A stretch of DNA of 64,000 nt from the NCBI GenBank assembly GCA_000182565.2, contig KQ257472.1. One strand, given 5' to 3'. This DNA comes from Spizellomyces punctatus DAOM BR117. Its lineage: Eukaryota. Of the stretch, positions 44,301 through 54,905 are shown in pieces; position 1 is the first letter of the stretch, and every line of letters starts with the position of its first letter. The translations under genes were made by a program, and so were the position numbers. Under the pieces are notes generated by a model, which searched no databases, was not told the origin of the DNA, and saw only the letters and a list, made by a program, of their open reading frames with translations.

Positions 44301-47264
44301 TCTTGGTCTGGCTTTTGAGTACATCGCCTAAATCTACCATGTAGAAGGCATTGATAGAAGGCACCGCGACCTCGAAATGGGGCGCGATGTCGTTAATTGT
44401 TGCTTCCATAGCCTTGATCAAACTCTCAAAGTGTTCTCTAGGTTTGTCATTTTGTGGTTTTGTTGGTTTATTCTGGCAAGCAACTTGTTCAATAGCCAGC
44501 ATGACTATATGCATCCATTCACTCTCTTCGTGTCTTTGGAGACATGGATGGTCTTTAATGTGCAGGAATTTGGGGTTTCCACAACGATAATAATAGTCTG
44601 AGTGAATGATATTGCCTGTCAGGAGAAATGCCACCAGTTGCAGGTTGGCATAAGAATCAAAGATAACAGGATCTTCAGAGCTCCACATCAAGAATTTCTC
44701 GTGCTCATCGAGCCTTATCCAGGCAAGGAGGATCAAACGAGGGGTACCATCTTCTCAGACCTTTCGCAGGATTCGATCCTTGTTAGCTTCAGCTGTGGCA
44801 GTGATGTAGAGGTGGTGGGAACTCCATGCGACTGCATAGGGGTTGTTCCCGAGGTGCCTGGTGCCTCGCTTCGGTTCTTTGGCAAAGAAGCTGAGCACAC
44901 GGGGGTTGTTGCCCATCATCAGAGCCACTTGCAGGGTGCCCCAGATGATGGCTATTTTGTCCCAGACTCGGTCCCAGCCCTGTGTGGGCATGCAGGGGTC
45001 CTCTTCCTTAGTCTCTGTGACCTCGGAAAGAGGTGCGGTCATCAAAATTGTTGATTCCAAGTGCTTGGGTGAATGAAAGAATCCAATGGTGTGGAATCCT
45101 TGATTAGCGGCGGCTGTCCTTTCCAGTTCCAAAGCCAAAAAAAGAGTCTCAGTGGTAGCGGACGTCAAGTCCAGCTCCACTATGTAAGACTTCTTGGACT
45201 CCTGTTTGGGTTTCCAACCTGCGGGCATGGGTTCTCCATATGGTCCCTTCTTTCCATCTTCAGGATCTTTTCGGTTCGGGTTCTGCCAGCAGAAAACATT
45301 CCAATGCTTTTTCTGACAGAATTTGCAGGGTGCCAGTGGTTCCTTGTTGGGGTCCAGAACCATCTTCTGAAGACCATTGTGACCCTTTTCGGGGTTTCTG
45401 GTTTTATGTTGAGCCATCTGCTTAGGGCCTTTGTTGGTTCTGGTCTTTTGTGACTTCTTCTGAGCTTCTGTGGCACCGCTGTAGCAAGGGTCTCATTTTC
45501 TGGTGTCATCAGAGCTGAAATAAAGGCACAGGAAGTCTTTTAATTTGGTCAGGTTCATGATGTTACAGGATTTGACCATGATTTGGATGTCGCTGGGCAA
45601 TTGTTCGACTATTAGGTCGAAATGCTGGTCAGCGGGACATTCTATGTTTGCCCAGTCACCATATGTGAGGTGCCGGAGATGAGTTTTGTGGTCAATGAAT
45701 GCAAGAAAGCTGCGAAATTCTTTGGGGTTCACATGGCAGTGCACATATTCAGTTTTGCACTTGGACTCAGTTAGGGGGTCTCGGAACTCTCGAAGCAGTT
45801 CTTCCTTCCACCTTTTCCAGGTCCATGAGCGAGTTTCCTGGGCTTCCAGAGTGTAAAACCAAGCGTCAGCAGGGGTTTTCTCGGCTATCATGGCTGGTAG
45901 GAGCTGTACCATCCTGGCATCCGACGTTGCGCTAACGTTTTGAAGAAGTTGGACTTTGTTAAGCCATTCTTCAACGTCTTGGTTTCTTCTGCCCATAAAC
46001 TCGGGTACGTCCTTTGCTTTCAAGGAATCGACCTTGGTGTCGCTGGCCCACGGGGCCGCTGGCACTTGGATTGGAGGCACCGCACCTGAAAAACTTGGTT
46101 CGGTATGCTCCCTTGGTGTGTCCGCCGTTTCCCACGGGGTTGCGGACCGTTCTCTTGTAGCTCGTGCTATGGGAGGTTGTTCAGGCAGCGGGCAATGCGC
46201 TAGGGCTTCTAAGGCTCGTGCGAGGCGCTCATCCGCCGCTGTCTGACGTTCGGAAAGCCTATGAAGCTGTTCCGTAAGGTTTTGAGTTGCCAACTGCGTT
46301 GCAGCAGTCGAGCGGGCAATGTCTTCTTTTAACGCTGCCACTTCAGAGGCCATCGTGGCCAAGTTAGGGGCTTCCGGTTCGACGGAAGTGGTCCCTGAAC
46401 GCCTTGGGCGTGTTGCGGGAGGGACTTTGACGTCCTCCGCAGGACCCTGACTACGAGTCTGGATCACAGGTGAGCGGCCTCGCATTGGTGAGCGTTCGAC
46501 CGGCATCATTCTCGGTTTCGTGAAGTTCTGTCTCCGAAACGAGAGAAAAGGTTTCTGAGTAGCTACCTGAGCGGATCTCGGTTTGCGCAAGAGTTTCGGT
46601 ATGACCGAATAAGGTTTTCAGCTGAATTTGAGAGGGGAAGGCGGTTCGTCGCGCTTCTCCACCATGTAGCGGATTTTTTGTTGGTAGACTACGGTAAAGA
46701 TGACTTGGGTCTCCTAGCAGGTTATGGGGGTGGCCGTACTAGGAATCATAGTCTCCGAATCCTTTCTTTGGGCGTCGGTAGCAACTTGGGGGTGAGAGGC
46801 AAGGAGAGTCGGTTAGTTGTGAACCGAGCAGGATTTAGAGGCTTTGGTACGGGTGATCAGGCCGTTGAAGCGCTCTGTTAGGTTCCTGTTAACCTAAGAT
46901 TGGAGTTGAGAAGCGAGTTATGGGGATTTTGTGTTGCTACGGCTTCTGCCCCCGACTTATTTTATTGAATACATCCTTTTTATACAAGATTCTTGGATAA
47001 ACTGTTAAACTAAACTAAACTAATGGGTGTCGCTGCACCGCAACTGATTTATTGGTGGCGGTACCGATCTCTTCCTTTTCCGCACTGGCTCGGGCCTCCA
47101 CAGGTTGTATGAGGCATGCTGAAATCTAATGCGCCAATTGCCATTCTCCGAACCGGTTTTTTCGGTCGCGGTAACTCAATCGGTGGAGTTGGTCACGCGA
47201 TTCGTGCTTCCCGCGTCCGATTTGGGCTTACTCGCGATCTCTCGAAGACATCCTCGTCATTACA
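38374..47264 (-). mobile_element. Gypsy-C full-length chromodomain Ty3/gypsy element (8.9 kb) with 4-bp TSD TTAT
   Basis: 600-bp TG..CA LTRs 38374-38973 and 46665-47264, PPT at ~38974-38984, PBS TGGTGGAGAAGCGC (46651-46664, tRNA-Ala-like), TTAT at 38370-38373 and 47265-47268. Confidence 0.95.
39031..46509 (-). pseudogene. Gypsy-C single-frame Gag-Pol (~2,490 codons) broken by seven in-frame stops
   Basis: ORFs 45493-46590, 44755-45417, 44044-44736, 43507-43989, 41767-43347 and 39031-41493 share one frame. Motifs CKFCQKKHWNVFC, VLDTGA, FIDDIH, HSDAS, GHF..CETCQ, KWLGP and a chromodomain. Confidence 0.9.
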
Positions 47265-47617
47265 TTATCCTACAACTAGACTGGGTGCACCTGAGAGGTG
47301 GATAGCTGTGTTAGAAGCTGTGCCATCACTAGAGAATGTCTCTGGGGGCTTTGTGTCAAAAGAGCAGTGAAATAGTTGTATTACAGAAAGAAAAATGGGG
47401 GTCCTAAATACAGTACAGATCACATGATGACAACCTGACTTCAACCTCTAATTTTGGGATAAAGCAACTAACTAAGAAAGTGTTTTGCCAAGCCTGTAGC
47501 ACAGATTCAGGGCTTTCTAAAACCATCTTGGTCTTGTCAATAAGTTAATAACTCACTAAGTTATTCAAGTTACCATCCCATGGCAACTTTGATGAAATCA
47601 ATCAATTAATTCCAACA
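47265..47617 (-). repeat. Remainder of the Copia-E LTR split by the Gypsy-C insertion
   Basis: Rejoining across the TTAT duplication gives a ~378-bp TGTTGG...CCAACA unit. Confidence 0.65.
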
Positions 47618-47963
47618 CATGACAGTCCAGTAGCCACTATCTTCTTAATATATAATTTATATATATTTATAAAAATTATAAGAATAGGGTGAAAGATCCT
47701 TTTCAAGAACCTCACAGTATACCTGACCAGTTAATCTGTTAGCAATCACAGGTAGCAGACCTCTAAGCCACTTAACCGCTATGCCATGTGGGTGCATCTT
47801 CACTGCACCACACGCGTCACTAGATTTCTTTTGCATTGCTAGCTAGTACATTCATTAGTGACTTCTTAACATACAATAGACTTACATCTATACAAGAGTA
47901 GAGTTCACTCTGTTCCTACTCTCTATCACTAATGCATTCCTTATAGGAATATACCCTCACTAG

Positions 47964-48803
47964 CTAACATAATCCTCCATCTAAAGTAACTAAAGGGTCA
48001 GTTCCACTTCCACACTGCCCAATTACACCCCAAACTATTATATATATACACATACCCCTCATCCCAATGCTGCACTTGGGGAATACAGTTTTCTCACAAA
48101 TATCTGTTATATTCACCAGGCTCATACCCAACTCATATTCTTTAAAGATAGTAAATAATCTATTACTAAAATAAGGATTTTTCCATTGTTGTACTATCCA
48201 GTTACATTTTTCCATGCACCAAGCCCTCCTTTTATCTGCAAAGGCCAAGCTTGTATACAGTAAATAGCAGAGTGTTGTAATGGAGCATAACTTGAAAATT
48301 TAACTCAAGCTCATATTGGAGTTGTTACAGGGCTATTTACTATTTTTAACAACTGATTTAACTGTATCCAACTGCTCAGGTGTACACTTGCTCAGAGGAC
48401 CAGGTTGTTTTTGGGGTATTGTGCAACCAGTAGATTTCCACCTCAAAATTGTGTCAATAACCATAGGTTGAGGAATATCCAGGGTTCTGGCAATATGTCT
48501 GTTGCTACATTTGGATCGGTGAGCTCCAATAATTTGCCATCTGATTTCGTTCGATAGTTCTGATGTTTTGTGGTTTGGCATCGTGTGCGATCGCGAGAAT
48601 TTAGGAGGCCCTGCGTCGTCATTCTTTGATTCATCAGATTCGAGATGAATATAGTCTCTGATGTTGAAAGCACCATCATCAGAGTTAGATTCAGCTGGTG
48701 GAGGACCCCAGTAAATCTCATCAGTTGTGGTGTTGGTTTTGTCTGTCGACATTTCGAGAGAGATGCTGGGCGACCAGTGCAGTAGCAAGCAAGGGGGATG
48801 CAA
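47964..48803 (-). pseudogene. Degenerate Tc1/mariner-like transposase
   Basis: Paired-like HTH (ELSNEIRWQII...SNRHIARTLDIP...TILRWKSTG...PGP) then KRRAWC...WIVQQWKNPYFSN, resembling the Tc1 W..V.FSDE region. TIRs not resolved. Confidence 0.7.
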
Positions 48804-48951
48804 TGCTCATCACGTCATCAGTAATTCAGAGTCATATGACGCACGTGGTTGCAACCTGGGTGATTAACAGGATGTCAAACCAGCTCGCGTTGACTTCAAG
48901 TGACTGCTCGTAGTTGATGGTGGATCTAAATCCATAAACTTCCTCCATACC

Positions 48952-51900
48952 ATGACGAAGATTGAAAAAGAGGATGATCAAACGGGCATTGGGGGAAGCC
49001 CAGGGAAATCTGTAGTTTTGACAGGAGACAGTCCGTTCTTGTTTCCCTTCGACCCATGGCCGATACAGCTGGCATTTATGAACAGGTTACAAATGTCCAA
49101 CGTTGAAGATATTTGAAACATCGACCTCATGTACTTACAGTGAGTACGTCCTTGTTCAGCCTCTACGAGGGTCTAAGTCTTGGGAAAGTTATGATAATGG
49201 AGAGCCCAACTGGAACGGTTCGTACTTTTTCAAGACGGTGTTGGACAACCAGCTGACTCTGTTCAAATAAGTAGGGAAAGTCTTTAAGCCTTCTGTGCGG
49301 AAGTCTCAAGTGGCTGCACGACTTCCATCGTCAATTGGAAGTGGAGGAATATGCGAAATGTGTCCCCAATGAGCCTGGTATATCCAATTCTGGTACCGAT
49401 GGTATGTTGGCATTTTCGAAAAAGAACTCTGTTGGATACTCACAGTCGGCTGCACGCCTTATTGTTGGGCAGAACCTAGTTGGGTTTTGGAGCATGAGAG
49501 AAAGGAAGCTTTGCGCGAATTGGAATACACAGCAGAGAGAAAGCGAAAACGAGCACAACGCCTCGAGGAACTTCGGCAGGCGGAGAAAGAGAATGGGTGG
49601 AGACGAACTGTAAAACGACCGGTTGGTGGTGACATTCCAACATTTTACATGCAACCTTGTTGTCCCTTACCTTTGATGTAGAAGAATCATCATTGCAACG
49701 ACGAGGGCGAAGAAGAACCTCAAGAATTTTTAGTGGACGAGTACGAGAGCGACCCAGAAGCTTCGGGCACAAGGGGGTAGGATGTTGACCACTTAGCTGA
49801 ACTCTCAGGCATCGTTTTTCCAAGAAAATCAACACGCTATTTCACGTACCATTTAGTGATCTTGCGGACAACCCAACCGACTCTGATGATCATCAAGATG
49901 AACGCGACGAGATGAAGATTATCTATTGCAGTCGAACGCATTCACAGATATCTCAATTTATTAAGGAAATGAAAAAAACAGCCTATCAAACTGTGAAATC
50001 CGTATCCCTCGGGTCGCGCCAGACGATGTGCATCAACGACAGCGTAAAGCAACTAAAATCCGTGTCCCGTATGAACGACAAGTGCTTAGACCTCATTAAA
50101 GGTGTGTAAACATCCACATAGGCAATTGGATGACGGCAAATTGTTATAGTGGTTTAGCAGGCACCTCGAAACAAGGAGGGTCCTGTTGCCCGTACCTTAG
50201 CAAAGATCAGCAGAAGAGAGCACTGTTCACCGACCATCTCCATGCAGTCATTCGGTATTGCATTGAAGAGTTTTACTGCTGGAAGTACGGGGATTCTAAC
50301 AGCGATCGTAGAGACATAGAGGAGATTGTTGAAACGGGAAAACGGCAGGATACCTGCCCATACTTCGGCTCTCGCTACGCTGTTCGGACATCCCAGGTGC
50401 GATATTGGCGCTTTTTAACAATTTCCACCGTCCTTTGTAACAGTAAAAACTAGGTGGTCACTTTGCCTTACTCTATGTTACTGCAGAAGACAGCTCGAGA
50501 ATCCGTTGGGATAACGGTCAAGGGAAATATCGTGATTATCGGTATGTTATCTAAAGATCTTTAGCTAAGGGTGATACATGAGCGTAACAGCACCTTTAAA
50601 AATTCAAGACGAAGCCCATAATCTAATTGGTATAGTTGGCGAACTGCCACCGTCTGAGAGGCACCGTAATTCTAATGAAGTCGTTGATGTAGATGCCATC
50701 ACGTCCGTTCATTCTGTCTCACTGGATTCGCGGCAGGTGCGGTGGTAGGAAAATTGAGTTCACTGTGCCTTCTTATTGTTTACAGGATCCGTGCCACAGC
50801 TTAACCGGTCGGAAGCCCAATTGCAATCGTACTTGCAGAAGTACAAGAGTCGGTTGAAGGGGAAAAACCTTGCATATATCCGCCAGTTACTTTTATTGAT
50901 AAAGGCATTGCAGAGGGCCCTCAGACCGCTGATGTCTGAAGGTAAGCCGTTGGCCTCAATGAATCCATTCAGAAGTCGATCACTAATGTTAACCGGTCAA
51001 GAGCGAGCTCAATCGTATATCCGAAGGACCAATGACTTCGTCCATGATTTAGATATTGATCACATTAAGTAGGTAGACGAATGAGGAAAGGCGAAGGGAA
51101 TAAAGTGGGAAGCTGATTCTGCATCCTACAAGCCTCTTCAAAATTGAAAAGTATCTCGTCAACAGCAGGCTTGCTCAAAAGGTAGTCCTGCCCAATATTT
51201 ATCCACAATAAAACGCATGTTAACGACGATCTAACTAGCTGCAAGGATTTGCCGAAAAAACTGAAGATCCTAAAGTTGCTGCAGATTCTGAGGATACTGG
51301 TAAGCGAAGCAGCATAGAGGGGTGCTCTTTAACGGCGATTGTAGACTGAGATATTTGTTGAAACCAACAAAACCGACAGACTTTATGCCTAAACATGTTT
51401 CTCCGCTTAAGCCGGTGGAGACATTTTTGATGTCGCTAACCAATCCCGACTTGGAAGGGCGCATTGTGGTAAACATCAGTGGTAGGTGGTCCCGGTGGCG
51501 AGAGCGACTGCATGCGACAATAGTCATATGTTGCTGATAGAAGCTGATTCGAGTGCATCAAGTTTGAAGTATCTCTTACTCAACCCAGCGAACTGCTTTC
51601 GCAGCATTGTGGAGGATGCTAGAGCGGTTGTCCTCGCTGGCGGGACAATGGAGCCGGTAAGATATCAAGCCCCTTGATAGTTTGTTATCAGGTTACATAT
51701 CAATCAAGTATTGCCCCAGGTACAAGACTTATTAGATGAGGTACCACAAATCCTAGCTTTCGAAGAGTTACTATGTTTTCTCAACGGTTCTTTCAGCTCT
51801 TTCCATATCTTCCCACCGACCGTATCTCTCGATTCACATGCGGACACATAATCCCCCCAACGTCTTTGTTAACTACAATCGTCGCTAAAGGTCCCAGCCA

Positions 51901-53075
51901 GATTGATTTTGACTTCACGTTTGAAAAGCGGAATGACGGGAAAATGGTGAGGTTGTGGGTTGCTGGACAACTTTACTATTCCTGGCAGCTCTGAATTTAT
52001 GAATCCATTGTGAAGATTGATGAGCTGGGTGGTGCAATTGCCAATTTTTGTAATGTGACTCCAGGGGGAGTCGTCTGTTTCTTCGCCTCTTACGACTATC
52101 TCGAAGTGGTCTATAATCGATGGCAAATGGGACGAATTCTTTCTAGAATTAGTAGTAAGAAACAGGTATGAACAACATTATAAACGATTGGAGACTGCTT
52201 CATGATGTCATGCTGGCAAACTGATTTGTATCGCAGGTGTTCAAAGAGCCGAAGCAGAGTGTCCTGGTTGATACGACCTTGACGGCGTATGCGCAATGCA
52301 TCCGAAATACTAGCAATCGGCAGGTAAGAAACATTTGTATTCTTATATGTCGGGATGTTATGACTAATCGTATACGTTCAGGGGCACACGGGTGCCATTC
52401 TCTTTGCGGTCGTTGGAGGTAAAATGAGTGAAGGAATAAAGTAAGCGTTTGAGCCATAGAGCTGTTCTTCCGGTACAGTGTATTAACTAGCCCCAGCTTT
52501 TCAGATGATTTGGGAAGGTAATGTCATTGGCGATCTGCAAACGTCTGCTTGCATGTGGCGCACAAACTCAACATGGCCGGAAATAATTTTAGACTGGTCA
52601 TTATGGTTGGTTTACCGTTTCCCAACATCCGTTCCCAGGAGTTGAAGGAGAAATTGAATTACGTTAAAGCTCGTGCTTCATTACGGGGTTTAGACGGCGC
52701 GGTAGCCAATGATTACTATGAAAACCTGTGTATGAAAGCTGTAAATCAGTCTATTGGTAAGCTGAAACCCGAACCACGGTTCACTCTTCGACTGATGCTG
52801 ATTGAGGATTTGCGGCAGGCCGCGCGATTCGCCATAGGGATGACTATGCGGCGATCGTGCTATTAGATTACCGCTACGGACAGCAGCGCATAAAGCAGAA
52901 ATTACCTGGGTGGATTAGAGACGCGGGAATAAGTGAGCCTGGTGGATTTGGGAGGGCGATTGCAGAGATTTCCAAGGTATTGCGGCGGTGCGCCCGACCA
53001 ATTATTAGCTCTAATCTCATTGTGCAATATTTGCAGTTTTTCCGCGGTATAAAAAGCCAGGGTGCTAGTCTTTGA
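48952..53075 (+). CDS. CHL1: ATP-dependent Fe-S DNA helicase Chl1/DDX11 (multi-exon)
   Basis: [10 protein letters not shown]-motif, [24 protein letters not shown], Fe-S cysteines (CIN, KCLDL, CPY, CPYF), [48 protein letters not shown]. Short GT-AG introns. Confidence 0.95.
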
Positions 53076-53664
53076 CGCGTTTCCTTGAATTCAGGATTCA
53101 TGCATGTTAGGGAAGACGAGGCTAGACTGGCTTGCAGCACTGTAGCTGGCTTCAGTGATCGCAGGGAATTTTAGCCATAGATTCATCAATAGTACTAGTG
53201 TTAGACGTGCAGCCATTATCTTCTTTCACCCAATTCACTGAGCAATTGACCATGTTTTTATAGCAAGCATGGGAGTCTTATGATAGATTGAATTGCAAAA
53301 ATTCTGGAGCTCCTTACTTGTTATACACCACCCTTTTCACTGGCAACCGGAAACCGAAGAACACAGCTCTGCGCTCTGGATCGATTGCATCTGGATTGAA
53401 GACAAGTATTTAGATATCGGCCATCCGCTCTGGAGTGTGTTGCTATTTTAACTCCACAGATGGTTGCGGTCGTTGACGTCGTCTACACGGTTGAAGAGCG
53501 CTTGACAGAATCTGTAAACTCGGTAAAAACAAGGTTGCTCAACTTTAGCACGTGATTAATTAATTTCGGAACCCAACGCAAGTTTTGCAGAAAAGTTTTT
53601 CTGCATATTTTTTTTTGCCTTAGGACGACAACCCTCTTTTTATTACCACTAACGTAACCTCACC

Positions 53665-54547
53665 ATGTTCGTCGACATCGTCCCAACAGAGTCTTCCGGT
53701 TTGAAAATTATGCAATGTCACTGCACAAGGCCTCCTTAGAAGCACTATTTGCTTTCGACGCAACCTCACATGTTCCTGCAGAGTTCACCTTTGGAGTTGA
53801 GATAGAGATATGGTCTCCATATCCGCGGGATGAACTTGCCGAAAAGCTGCAAGAGCGATTTGATATTGATGCAAGAGTAGTATGGTAAGGCCGGTTTCAT
53901 CCCAAAGTTTATCTTGAGCATTCTGGTTGACAAATGCATTAAGGTTTACTCATCAATGCACACCATACTGGAAAGTGTTACGGGACAGCACTCTGGTGGA
54001 CTCGCCTAAGGGCCAATATGGCATGGAACTGGTATCGCCTATTTTGCATGGCGGGACGGGGATTCAAGAAATCAAAGGAATCGTACATGCTTTACGGGCC
54101 TTGAATGTCAGGTGTGACGCTTCTACCGGCCTTCATGTGCACGTCGGTCGCCATAATATGGAATGGACCTTGACCGAATTGCAAAATATTTGCACGCAGT
54201 TCATTCGGAACGAGACTTTTTTTGATGCGATGGTACCTGTAGAGAGACGAGGTGATACTAACAGCCAATTACGATCAAACGCAAATCTGTTTATCGGTTG
54301 TCCTGGACCGCACATACATGCGACAGCTGATGTAGACGCACTTATAAAGTGTGTGAATAGCAACGGGTACGATGGGTCCACGCGGTATTTCAAGTTGAAT
54401 GTTGAATCATTGCGAACCTTCCGAACGATAGAGTTTAGGCAGCAGGTGGCGACTGTCGATTGGCAAAAGGCCGTGGCATGGGTGGCCGGTATTTTGGCAT
54501 TTTGCAAACGAGCTTGCTTGGAAAACGACACCGATGTGGGTAGATGA
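53665..54547 (+). CDS. Putative amidoligase (Amidoligase_2 / COOH-NH2 ligase type 2); two inferred 5' introns, 3' end uncertain
   Basis: FTFGVEIE, WKVLRDS, ELVSPIL, STGLHVHVG, RYFKLN, TIEFRQ motifs. Confidence 0.85.
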
Positions 54548-54905
54548 TCTCGCATGAAACATTTCTGCGGAGCATGGCCTATCCACAGTTTTTTGACCGT
54601 AATGGCAACCGAGTGGTGCTCCACCGAAACGTTAGTACCGAGCTTCCTCATTAACAAATGTAATTTACCGGATACGGACCCTGCCGAGTTGAGGATGTGC
54701 TGGGTAGATTCACAGCAACGACATTGATGCTGTGCAAACTGGCCAGACCAAGAAGTAGTTGATAACCAATATAACTAAAGAGAAAGGTTTCCATCACTTT
54801 TCGATAGGTTAGGAGGTGTGACCCTAGTCATGATTTCTCATTGGCAAAAGATGGGTTACACAACATCGTGATATTCTGATACAATTAGATACAGTATATA
54901 AACAA

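Noticed and set aside
39031-46509. TGA reassigned to a sense codon (alternative genetic code)
   Set aside because: Several TGAs are CGA in the sister copy and the host CHL1 gene ends in TGA, so CpG decay explains them.
47700-47800. tRNA/SINE-like A-box TGGCATAGCGG on the minus strand (47776-47786)
   Set aside because: No B-box or cloverleaf could be built.
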